A stretch of DNA of 64,000 bases from Patescibacteria group bacterium. Lineage in GTDB: Bacteria > Patescibacteriota > Kazan-3B-28 > UBA10110. Every line of letters starts with the position of its first letter. Position 1 is the first letter of the stretch. A program made the position numbers and the translations under genes. The DNA lies in NCBI GenBank assembly GCA_043802665.1, contig JAZDKW010000010.1, positions 4,024-68,023 of the forward strand. Direction: 5' to 3'. Under the pieces are notes generated by a model, which saw only the letters and a program-made list of their open reading frames with translations, was not told where the DNA came from and made no database searches. Positions 55,777 to 64,000 of the stretch are shown one piece after another.

Positions 55777-57879
55777 TCAAAAGGCCACATATAGGAACTT
55801 TTGATAGGTAATCGGGAAAGGCGGTAATTCAGTCAATCTTTTTTTTACTTTATTAATAAAAAAATTAGCAATGGCTTCTGGCACGGCCAAAAATTTTTGA
55901 GCGATGGTGGTAACTGGAGGCACCCCATTGATTATTGAATATATCCAATTAGTGCCATACTTGCTAAACACTCCGTTGTCTATCGGGCTATGGCTAAAAT
56001 GTATATCCGCATAAGTATATTTCCCATCGGCCCCGCTATTATTCATCGACACTCCCTCATCCCCTACTGCATCAATCCCAAATGGAAATACATCCCGACC
56101 CGAAGGACCATTATCTAAATCATCTTCTGGTGAAAAAGTAATGATCTGCTTTACCACCAAACTCTCATCAAAATGGGCTGGGTTATTAATAGTCTCCGGG
56201 TCTGTACTCAAGGTAGTTTTATTGGGCATCGCCATTAGTTCTTGAATAACCAAACGGATCTTATGGCGCGCTTCATACGCCTCCCGATAATCTAAATCCC
56301 CTTCTGCCCACCCTACCATATTGGCGACCTGGGTCCCACGATAAACATTATCGATTAACTCGCGCAGTGATCGAGTATTCGCTGGGCTACCCAACCCTTT
56401 AACTCTATCCGTTAACTCGCTATCTGGTATCAAATTCACCTCATCATAACTATCCAAATCATTAATCCCAATGACAGCGTTAAGATACTGAACCTTTGCC
56501 AAAGCAATATTAAAATGCTCTTTGGTATCTGAAGCTAAATTGGCTTGGTTAGACCAAGAGTCAACCCTTTCTAATAACTCCTGGGTTCGATGGAATTTCT
56601 CAAAGATCATCCTTAACAAACCTCGGGCGTATCTCCCATTAGCTAAATCGTTCTTGTATCCTTGCACTGTCTTCAAAGTCAAATCGCTTGTATCACTATA
56701 AAAATTTTCCAGAACAGAGATTTGTTTGTCCAAAAATCCGACCGTATAAGCCAGTTCTTCCCAGGTGTTGCGAACTATTTTCTGCATAGTTGTTTTCTGC
56801 CAATTGACCGCCACTGGTGCCGCTACCGGCAAGCCGCAAGCTGTATCAGCACTTTGCAGTTCTGGGATAACACTCCTATCTATTTCAGTAATCGCCATCG
56901 CCTGCCCAGTATTAAAAGCGGATAAGGTTTCTTTGGTCTCAAGTTTTTCTAAAGCCTTGCGATCATCGGCTGACAGCCCACCTATGTAAGATATTCGATC
57001 GGCCGTGCTCATATCATTCCAATCAGGAGGCAAAATAGCACTGTCTGTCCGATAACTATATTGGTCTAATCCAATCACTATGTCGTCACGTAAAATAACA
57101 GGCCCTCCGGTTTTTAGAAGATCCACCCGAATTCGCTGATGAATATCGGTAAGATAGTCTAATGTTTTAAGTAAACGGATATCCAAACGATGATGAAACT
57201 TTCCCGTGGTGTCATCAAATTGCCAATTTAAATCTTCTTTGCTCTCATCAGAAACTACTAATTTCGGGTCACAGCCAGACATCTTGGCTTGCAAATCATT
57301 CACAATAGCTCTGTCCTCGGCACTATCATAATTAGCCGCCATAAAGAGAGACCCCCCCGCCAAACTATTAATATAGTTCTTGCCCGACATGAAAATAGCC
57401 ATAAAGATCACAACTACCAGAATGATCGCCATAGTAATCCACCCGGCAGGGCTTGTCAAGAAAGCCGCAACAACTCTCGCTCCAGTTGCGACCGCCTGCC
57501 CTGTTCCCTTGCTTGATCGAGCTACTTTTTGAGCTACCTCTATAGCTTTACCTGCTCGTTGGGCTACATTCCCTTTTGCAAATTCAAAAGCATCTTTGCC
57601 TAATTCGGCAACAGATGGCTTTCCTGTAGATTTGCCGGCTCTGGCTTTAATGCCTGGCTTGAATTTAGGAGTACTCGCCGCAGTTTTTCCCTCGGTTTTT
57701 TTGGCTGGAATTTTTTCCTTAGGTTGCTGGTTTTTTTGTTTTCCTTCTGGACGCGATCTTCTATTTTGCCGAGTAGTTCGACGAGGTTGTGGCTCCTCCT
57801 CTTCTTGTTCTCCTTCCTCCTCCTCTTCCTCATCCGGAATCAGCTCATCTTCTGGTTGTAACAACTCTTCGTCTGCCAT
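55777..57879 (-). CDS. Large hypothetical protein: acidic/Lys-rich disordered N-terminus, one TM helix, roughly 480-aa extracytoplasmic domain. Possibly associated with the neighbouring type IV secretion-like genes.
   Basis: ORF architecture only. Confidence 0.35.
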   Translation of the reverse strand: MADEELLQPEDELIPDEEEEEEGEQEEEEPQPRRTTRQNRRSRPEGKQKNQQPKEKIPAKKTEGKTAASTPKFKPGIKARAGKSTGKPSVAELGKDAFEFAKGNVAQRAGKAIEVAQKVARSSKGTGQAVATGARVVAAFLTSPAGWITMAIILVVVIFMAIFMSGKNYINSLAGGSLFMAANYDSAEDRAIVNDLQAKMSGCDPKLVVSDESKEDLNWQFDDTTGKFHHRLDIRLLKTLDYLTDIHQRIRVDLLKTGGPVILRDDIVIGLDQYSYRTDSAILPPDWNDMSTADRISYIGGLSADDRKALEKLETKETLSAFNTGQAMAITEIDRSVIPELQSADTACGLPVAAPVAVNWQKTTMQKIVRNTWEELAYTVGFLDKQISVLENFYSDTSDLTLKTVQGYKNDLANGRYARGLLRMIFEKFHRTQELLERVDSWSNQANLASDTKEHFNIALAKVQYLNAVIGINDLDSYDEVNLIPDSELTDRVKGLGSPANTRSLRELIDNVYRGTQVANMVGWAEGDLDYREAYEARHKIRLVIQELMAMPNKTTLSTDPETINNPAHFDESLVVKQIITFSPEDDLDNGPSGRDVFPFGIDAVGDEGVSMNNSGADGKYTYADIHFSHSPIDNGVFSKYGTNWIYSIINGVPPVTTIAQKFLAVPEAIANFFINKVKKRLTELPPFPITYQKFLYVAF

Positions 57880-57885
57880 AACCGT

Positions 57886-59391
57886 CTACGCTTTAATACT
57901 GAATAATCGCGATCCATCAAATATGAACAACTGTTGCAAAAGCTGGGAATATAAGAGGCGCTGAGGAACTAATGCCCCGAATGCATTAGTAAATTTGACC
58001 GGTTTCTGCTGACCATCCATTCCCCAATACCACAAATTACCATCGCTGGCCGCCACAATCGCAGTATCATCGGCTTGCCATACAAAAGCCGTGGCCACTT
58101 GAGGAAAAACTGTTTCTACCGCTTGATTGGAAATATTCCAAACGGTTAATTTTGTCCCTTCGGTAGTATTGGCCAAATAAAGGATGTGGGAACCATCCGG
58201 AGAACCTACAACCAAACTCCCCGCTACCCTATCGGGCATTACCGCAGTAAAATCTTTACTGAAAGCATCAAACAGTTTATCTGGTTGGCCGGAATCATCA
58301 AGCAACAATACCCATCGTTCATCTTGCAACCAAATAAGCTCTGGATTGTTGGCATCAACATCACTTGTTAACCGCACCCAGCTTCCACCGTCAATATTGT
58401 CTGCTCGGATTAAAGATTTCTCGCCATTGGCCGCTTCGTAAAAATAAATTATCTGGGTACCGTCGGGCGAAAAAGCGACATCCCGTATATTTTCATTTAA
58501 CAACACCGGCTGAAGGCCCGCCGTGGTAGTCCGCTCACTATCAAATAACCAAGTGCCCACGCCATTATCCATAGTCGGCCCTTGCTCTGGCGTGTCCCCC
58601 AATGGAATATATTGTCCTTTTACCTTGCGGTTATCGTACATATTAGTTAGCCGCCATATATCGGAAAGTTTGGTAATAATAGCAATTCCATTCGGCGACC
58701 ATACCGCCTTCTGCAAATTTGGTATAGCCTTAGCATTAAATAAATCTGTTATGGTTTTGGTTGCTAAATCAACCGCCTTGAAGGTACTCGTAGAAGCATT
58801 CCAAAAACCCATCAATTGATCCCGGCGGACTAATTGCGGGAAAGCCATAGCGGCCTCGGAAACTAATTCCATATTGGGTACTGGGTCTAAAGTGATCTGC
58901 ATTTCGGCAGTTTCACGAGCATTTAAACTAAAAGATTGTTCAAAATCTAAATAACCTTCTTTGTTTACTTGGACTAAATGCTCCCCGGCCTTTAGAGAAA
59001 TGGTTAGAGAATTAATCCCTGTCTTAGTTAATTTCTGATCTAACACTACATTGACCCCTTCGGGATCAAAAGTAAATTTGATCTTACCTTGATTAAAACC
59101 AATTTGGCTTAAAACAAAATATACTGTAGCGCCAATCATCAAGACAGCTAAAATCCCCCACAACCATCCAACCCAGTTTGACCCCCCTCTTCGCTGTGGC
59201 GGCGGCTCTATCTCCCTGCTTATGACGGGAACCGCTGGTTCGTTGGATAAAGTAGTGGGAGTAAATGAAATTGGTCCCTTAGGTGCAGGGCTTGTCGGTG
59301 TAGGGGTAATCCGCGGAGCGCTTGCTGGCATACGTAAATCTGGCGGCAATCCCGCCTGCTCCTCCGGGTTATTTTGGATCTCTCCTTCCAT
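57886..59391 (-). CDS. Membrane-anchored PD40/TolB-like beta-propeller protein with Pro-rich N-terminus.
   Basis: …FSPDGTQIIYFYEAANGEKSLIRADNIDGG… PD40-like repeats. Confidence 0.4.
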   Translation of the reverse strand: MEGEIQNNPEEQAGLPPDLRMPASAPRITPTPTSPAPKGPISFTPTTLSNEPAVPVISREIEPPPQRRGGSNWVGWLWGILAVLMIGATVYFVLSQIGFNQGKIKFTFDPEGVNVVLDQKLTKTGINSLTISLKAGEHLVQVNKEGYLDFEQSFSLNARETAEMQITLDPVPNMELVSEAAMAFPQLVRRDQLMGFWNASTSTFKAVDLATKTITDLFNAKAIPNLQKAVWSPNGIAIITKLSDIWRLTNMYDNRKVKGQYIPLGDTPEQGPTMDNGVGTWLFDSERTTTAGLQPVLLNENIRDVAFSPDGTQIIYFYEAANGEKSLIRADNIDGGSWVRLTSDVDANNPELIWLQDERWVLLLDDSGQPDKLFDAFSKDFTAVMPDRVAGSLVVGSPDGSHILYLANTTEGTKLTVWNISNQAVETVFPQVATAFVWQADDTAIVAASDGNLWYWGMDGQQKPVKFTNAFGALVPQRLLYSQLLQQLFIFDGSRLFSIKA

Positions 59392-59556
59392 TCAATATGA
59401 TTAAACTTCTATTTTTACTATAGAACTTCTTTTATTATATCATATATCACCTATTTTGTAAATAATTGGAGTCCCAGAGCGTAGATTTAGATGTTCTTAG
59501 ATAACCATTGACTAAAATCAATTTATCTGATATAATAAAATAATAAATTAAAAAGT

Positions 59557-62364
59557 ATGCGCAAACAAAAACTACTCTTTTGGGCCACCTCTGCCTTATC
59601 TCTAATAAGTGTGTTTTTGGTAGTACAACCAGCAGGAGCCGCTGTCCCCGAGTGGGTAAAAACCTTCTTTGGCGGATTGGGTGGTATTGTAGGAGGGGCT
59701 CTTAGTCTTATTGCCCTAATGGTATTACAAATTATTGGATTACTAATAGCTCTGCTGCGGCTTCTCGTAGGTCCACTTCTACAAAATTTAACAGAGATAG
59801 GTATCAAGCAATCGGACTTCCTTGTCAACAGCGATACGGCCAGTCAACTTTGGAGTATCGCCATCACTGTCGCTAATGGTTTATTCTTGTTAGGACTGCT
59901 CATTGCCGCTATTGCTATTATGATCCGGATCAGCACAAGCTATAACCTCAAAAAAACTTTAGGAGCTTTTATAACAGCAGTGATCTTATCCAATTTAAGT
60001 TTGATAATTGTTAAAGCTTCGCTAACTTTAGGAAACAGATTAGAAGATGCTGTTTACATTATCGGCGGACAATTAGGAGCTATTTCTGGGGCAGAGGCCA
60101 TTAATAGCCGCTCAATACTTGTAGACTATCTCAACGGATTAATCGATATGAACCTTAATATTGAGATGTTTAAGGGGGGGGTGCATATTGATCTAAATAA
60201 TTTAGGTTCGCAATTGGGGCACACTCTGATGCAGTTCGCTATATTTGGACTTATTATTTGGATCATAGTTAAACTAATATTGATATTAATTGAGAGAATT
60301 ATCAGATTGTTTGTATTAGCCGTAACAGCACCCATAGTCTTCGCTACTAGCATTTTACCCACCTTCCAAGGATCCACTAAACAATGGTGGGAGAGTTTAA
60401 TCAAATGGATCTTAGTCCTGCCCCTAACAGTGGCTACGATTCTTGTCGCTATGTTCTTCTTCCAACAAGCTGGGATCAAAAGCGTGGATAATATCAAAGA
60501 TATAAGCGACAAGCTACCAGTCGAAACGAGTTATTCTCCTACTAATCCAGGCGATCAGTTAGCTATTGGCGCTACTATTGCCTATCCTGACCAAATCCAC
60601 GTCGCTGCCGAGGATACTACTCCCGACGATGGGTCAACCATTCCAATAGACCTAAAGAATCTCTTACTGGTGGCAGTGGGGTTTTGGGCTCTATGGATGG
60701 CTGGGATGGTGGGCCGCTCGCTCAACATCGGCAGTGTCTTGGGCGGAATCGTCGAAACCCCCCAAAAAGCATGGAAAGGTTTATCTGATACTGCCACTGG
60801 TAAAAACCTACTAGGTAAAACAGGCCATAGTATAGCCAAAGCTGGATATCGAGGATTCACTAATACCCCAAGAGGACAACAGTTCGAAGGATGGAGACAA
60901 TCTCGAAAAGGAATAACTGGTTTCATATTTAATAGGGCTAATGAAGCAGCTCGCACCAAAGCCGACCGCGAGAGATTCACCCAGGAACAAATACAGAATC
61001 AAGTTGGCAAAAGATATACTAATGCAAACAATGTATTAAATACTGCGACTACAGCCGCTGCTGTTACAATACCTGCATTCGCCGGAAAAACTTGGAACGA
61101 TTTGAATGACAGCGAAAAAGAACAGGTTAGAAATGCAAACCGTTCTAATAAGAAATTTACAGCCGCTGAAAAAACCTACAACAACGACCCGAGATGGATT
61201 ACTTGGGCTGCCAATAAACAAGCTAAGGATATGGATGTCAACCAAATGGAAGGCACTGACGAGATAATTCGCAAAATAGAGAAACATGATAGTGCGGGCG
61301 AAGCCGGGCAAGCCAACCTATTGCTAGCCCAGTTAAAGAAAAAATTGACCTCTGCTGGGGTCAGCGCGGCAGAAAAAGATGAAATCCGCGATTGGATATC
61401 CGATAAAGGCGGCTACGAGCTCAGTAAAAGAACTGGCTACACGTTGCCAACAAAACAGCAAGCCAAACAGCCTGAACCAACTGACTCTGATTCCTATGTT
61501 GACTTATTAAGATTGAGACGGCAACAAACCCATAACCAGACTGATCTCACAAACCAAGCCACAGCTGGAGGTAATAATTTAGACCCGCTTGACCAAGCCA
61601 AGCTAACCACAGGCACTCATGGAAAAGATGTTATCGATCCAAAGATATTATCTGATCTAAACAGGGATCTATCTACCGTTGCGACTGCCGACCTGCGCAA
61701 TTTGACCACAAACACAGCAGACATGACTAATCTAAAAAATGCTGTCGCTCGTGGCGACACCAAAGGGGCTGACACTATTCTGACCCGTCATAACATAACA
61801 GATCCCTCTGCCAAGAAGGCAATCATCGATAGGGCTAAGACTATGACAACGGCTGATTTGGAGCTCCAATTAAAATTAGTGGCTAGTGCTAAACAAGCCA
61901 CCCCTCCTGGTGGAAACGTTGGTCAAAATCTTAATCAGTTGGTTGACACTATCAAAAAATTACAGGCCACCAGAGAAACTATTAAACAAATCGAGAACAA
62001 CCAAGTCAATGTCAGAAACAGCTCTCAAGCCTCATATGACAATACGATTAATAATGAGATTACCAAACCAGGTGGTGCCACTATATATAATTCTGCAGGT
62101 ACTGCGCAGACCACCAACAACCGCATTGCGGTTGACGCGGCTATGGATATATGGAAAGGTCAATTAGAAACCTTTATGACTAATAATCCTACTCTTAAAA
62201 AAGATAGCACCTTAGCCAACATCCAATCAGCAGCCCAGGGCGCTGGCATAGACGTTACCCAACTGGTTAATACTTTGAAGAACTTGGGCGTGGGCACAGA
62301 CATCCAGGGAGGTAATATATCCATAGATGAGGTCCTGAAACGGCTGGATATTATCCATCATTAA
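59557..62364 (+). CDS. VirB6/TrbL-like polytopic membrane protein (six to seven TM helices) with a roughly 550-aa hydrophilic C-terminal domain.
   Basis: TM topology and context immediately upstream of the VirB3- and VirB4-like genes; no sequence motif confirmation. Confidence 0.4.
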   Translation: MRKQKLLFWATSALSLISVFLVVQPAGAAVPEWVKTFFGGLGGIVGGALSLIALMVLQIIGLLIALLRLLVGPLLQNLTEIGIKQSDFLVNSDTASQLWSIAITVANGLFLLGLLIAAIAIMIRISTSYNLKKTLGAFITAVILSNLSLIIVKASLTLGNRLEDAVYIIGGQLGAISGAEAINSRSILVDYLNGLIDMNLNIEMFKGGVHIDLNNLGSQLGHTLMQFAIFGLIIWIIVKLILILIERIIRLFVLAVTAPIVFATSILPTFQGSTKQWWESLIKWILVLPLTVATILVAMFFFQQAGIKSVDNIKDISDKLPVETSYSPTNPGDQLAIGATIAYPDQIHVAAEDTTPDDGSTIPIDLKNLLLVAVGFWALWMAGMVGRSLNIGSVLGGIVETPQKAWKGLSDTATGKNLLGKTGHSIAKAGYRGFTNTPRGQQFEGWRQSRKGITGFIFNRANEAARTKADRERFTQEQIQNQVGKRYTNANNVLNTATTAAAVTIPAFAGKTWNDLNDSEKEQVRNANRSNKKFTAAEKTYNNDPRWITWAANKQAKDMDVNQMEGTDEIIRKIEKHDSAGEAGQANLLLAQLKKKLTSAGVSAAEKDEIRDWISDKGGYELSKRTGYTLPTKQQAKQPEPTDSDSYVDLLRLRRQQTHNQTDLTNQATAGGNNLDPLDQAKLTTGTHGKDVIDPKILSDLNRDLSTVATADLRNLTTNTADMTNLKNAVARGDTKGADTILTRHNITDPSAKKAIIDRAKTMTTADLELQLKLVASAKQATPPGGNVGQNLNQLVDTIKKLQATRETIKQIENNQVNVRNSSQASYDNTINNEITKPGGATIYNSAGTAQTTNNRIAVDAAMDIWKGQLETFMTNNPTLKKDSTLANIQSAAQGAGIDVTQLVNTLKNLGVGTDIQGGNISIDEVLKRLDIIHH

Positions 62365-62389
62365 TTATCAAAGTTCATAATCTAAAAAT

Positions 62390-62938
62390 ATGGCGGAAAA
62401 GATACCTCAAAATATTGAACGGGAAGATAAGCTGGTTGGACCGCTTACTTTAAAGCAATTCCTATATCTATTAGGGGCGGCTGGTTTGATCTTCGCTACC
62501 TATCAATATTATTTAGCAGGTTATCTGTTCGCCCATGAATTTTTCATTATCAGCTTTATCGTAGGAGGGTTGGCTCTCGCCTTGGCCTTTTTAAAAATTA
62601 ATGGCCTGCCGTTTATCTCCTTTTTTGGCAACCTGATTGCTTTTATGTTCACCCGCAAAATGCGGGTCTGGGGCAAAGACAACACGATGGAGAGAACCCA
62701 TCTAACCTCTAAAAAAGATAGCGCCTTAACCCCTGCCACTCCTTCGGCTAAACCAACTTCGCGCAGTGAGTTAGAAAAATTAGCCACGATCTTAGATACT
62801 GGTGGTAAAATAAAGACAGAAAAAGGTTTCTTTGATACTCACATCATTAATACTATTCCTCAAACCAGCACCTCTACCCCCGAGATTGTGGAAGAAGATT
62901 TAGGAGTTGAGGATATTTTCGAGGATACCGATATTTAA
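62390..62938 (+). CDS. VirB3/PrgI-like small two-TM protein.
   Basis: Two adjacent TM helices near the N-terminus; located immediately before the VirB4-like gene. Confidence 0.35.
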   Translation: MAEKIPQNIEREDKLVGPLTLKQFLYLLGAAGLIFATYQYYLAGYLFAHEFFIISFIVGGLALALAFLKINGLPFISFFGNLIAFMFTRKMRVWGKDNTMERTHLTSKKDSALTPATPSAKPTSRSELEKLATILDTGGKIKTEKGFFDTHIINTIPQTSTSTPEIVEEDLGVEDIFEDTDI

Positions 62939-62939
62939 A

Positions 62940-63620
62940 ATGAAATCTAAAGCCAAAAAAACCAGTACCCAAAAATATCTCCCCTTCAAGACCATCAAAG
63001 AAGGGGTCGTTACACTCCAGGATGGAAGCACGATAGCAGTATTGATGGTTAATTCCATCAACTTTAATTTAAAGTCAAACGACGAGCAAGTCGCTCTATT
63101 GGGAAACTTTAAGGGTTTTTTGAATTCGCTGGAGACGCCTATCCAGATTTTGATTCAGTCCCGCATTTTGGATTTAGACACTTACTTAAAGGACTTGGAG
63201 AGATTGGGCACCAACCAGACTAACGAACTTTTGCAAGCCCACACTAAAGAGTATATCGAATTCGTTCGAGAACTGATTAGCATGACCAACATTATGAGCA
63301 AGACCTTTTATCTGATCATCTCGGATAAAAACCTGGCGGCGGCAAATCCCAGCCTACTCGCCCAGTGGTTTGGGCGTTCTACTTCCACTTCTGGCGGACA
63401 GTCACGGGACGCCCATAGTCAACTGCTTACTGCCGCTAATTTAATCGCCGGGAATCTAACATCAATGCAACTTAACTGTGTTCTTTTAAACACTAAGGAA
63501 TTGATTGATCTGCTTTATGCGACCTATAACCCCGATTTAGCCCGCCGGCAGAAATTATTTAATGTTAATAGCGTCGATGCCAGCATTATTGCTGGTTTGG
63601 CCAAAGAAAACCGAGGTTAA
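62940..63620 (+). CDS. Hypothetical protein in the type IV secretion-like gene set.
   Basis: ORF (probable start MKSKAKK) translationally coupled to the next gene. Confidence 0.3.
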   Translation: MKSKAKKTSTQKYLPFKTIKEGVVTLQDGSTIAVLMVNSINFNLKSNDEQVALLGNFKGFLNSLETPIQILIQSRILDLDTYLKDLERLGTNQTNELLQAHTKEYIEFVRELISMTNIMSKTFYLIISDKNLAAANPSLLAQWFGRSTSTSGGQSRDAHSQLLTAANLIAGNLTSMQLNCVLLNTKELIDLLYATYNPDLARRQKLFNVNSVDASIIAGLAKENRG

Positions 63621-63622
63621 CT

Positions 63623-64000
63623 ATGGCACTATTCCGCCGCAAAAAAAGAGCCACTCAAAGCGCCGATGCAATGGCCCAACAGGCTTTTGAACAAGGCTTA
63701 CTCTCGGTTCGGGATATTATTGCCCCGGCGGCAATGGTTATTCATTCCAACTACTTGGAATTAAACAGTTATTATGCCCGAACCCTGTTTGTTCTCACTT
63801 ATCCCCAATATATTGAAGCTAACTGGCTGTCCCCTATCATCAATTTTGATGCTGGCTTTGATATCTCCATGCATATCTATCCAATAGAAAGCGCTAACAT
63901 CGCCAGGATGTTGAGACGAAAAGTAGCCGAGATGGAGTCCAGTTTGCGCATTAACCAAGAAAAAGGGGCAATCTCGGACCCGGAATTAGAGATCGCTTAT
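63623..64000 (+). CDS. VirB4/TrbE-family ATPase, N-terminal part (continues beyond the window).
   Basis: …YARTLFVLTYPQYIEANWLSPIINFDAGFDISMHIYPIESANIARMLRRKVAEMESSL… resembles the conserved CagE/TrbE/VirB4 N-terminal block; no stop before the window end. Confidence 0.5.
   Translation, partial: MALFRRKKRATQSADAMAQQAFEQGLLSVRDIIAPAAMVIHSNYLELNSYYARTLFVLTYPQYIEANWLSPIINFDAGFDISMHIYPIESANIARMLRRKVAEMESSLRINQEKGAISDPELEIAY

Noticed and set aside
55485-55790. 101-aa ORF in the 55.4-55.8 kb spacer.
   Set aside because: Low-complexity, non-protein-like sequence; the region is more likely noncoding (see findings).
63761-63958. Minus-strand 65-aa ORF near the window end.
   Set aside because: Antisense to the VirB4-like reading frame, which has conserved family motifs.

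Overview
Overview: this 64 kb window reads like a small-genome, Patescibacteria/CPR-like bacterium (inference). The evidence is LAGLIDADG and GIY-YIG endonucleases next to tRNAs, a four-helix-bundle protein, VirB2-like pilins with VirB6/VirB3/VirB4-like genes, and housekeeping proteins carrying long low-complexity extensions. Most genes are on the minus strand.

Housekeeping backbone:
- Replication, transcription and repair: rpoD, dnaG, dnaE, ssb, nusA, rnhB, clpC, 3-methyladenine DNA glycosylase.
- Translation: rpsF, rpsR, rplS, efp, ychF, leuS, trpS.
- Others: fabH, a GT1 glycosyltransferase, a beta-CASP ribonuclease, Hsp20, an ABC substrate-binding protein, comF, a SpoIID/LytB-domain protein.
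- tRNAs: Ser(GGA), Ala(GGC), Arg(ACG), Ser(TGA), Ser(GCT), plus a degenerate Ser(GCT) copy and a candidate split tRNA at the left edge.

Three accessory regions stand out:
1. 51.2-54.2 kb: a radical-SAM/SPASM enzyme followed 15 nt later by a 56-aa precursor peptide whose C-terminus is ITCDNCDCNCDPCDCDSGGPSCRCVG, then an intrinsic terminator, a GNAT acetyltransferase and a small HEXXH-X18-E zinc peptidase. This is a candidate thioether-type RiPP locus and the best candidate for a new system.
2. 10.27-14.1 kb: an island next to tRNA-Ser(GGA) carrying a large serine recombinase, an AT-rich methyltransferase plus XRE regulator, and a LAGLIDADG endonuclease. It is built from two adjacent segments, each bounded by perfect long inverted repeats (114 bp and 80 bp). 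These meet at three copies of the tRNA 3'-terminal hexamer CCGCCA.
3. 54.4-55.4 kb: tRNA-Ser(TGA) and tRNA-Ser(GCT), each paired with a small GIY-YIG nuclease, followed by a Ser(GCT) copy riddled with about 20-nt GC-rich hairpin insertions.

Several small repeat and palindrome families and unexplained noncoding stretches are also reported. All calls come from reading the sequence and translations by eye; no searches were run.
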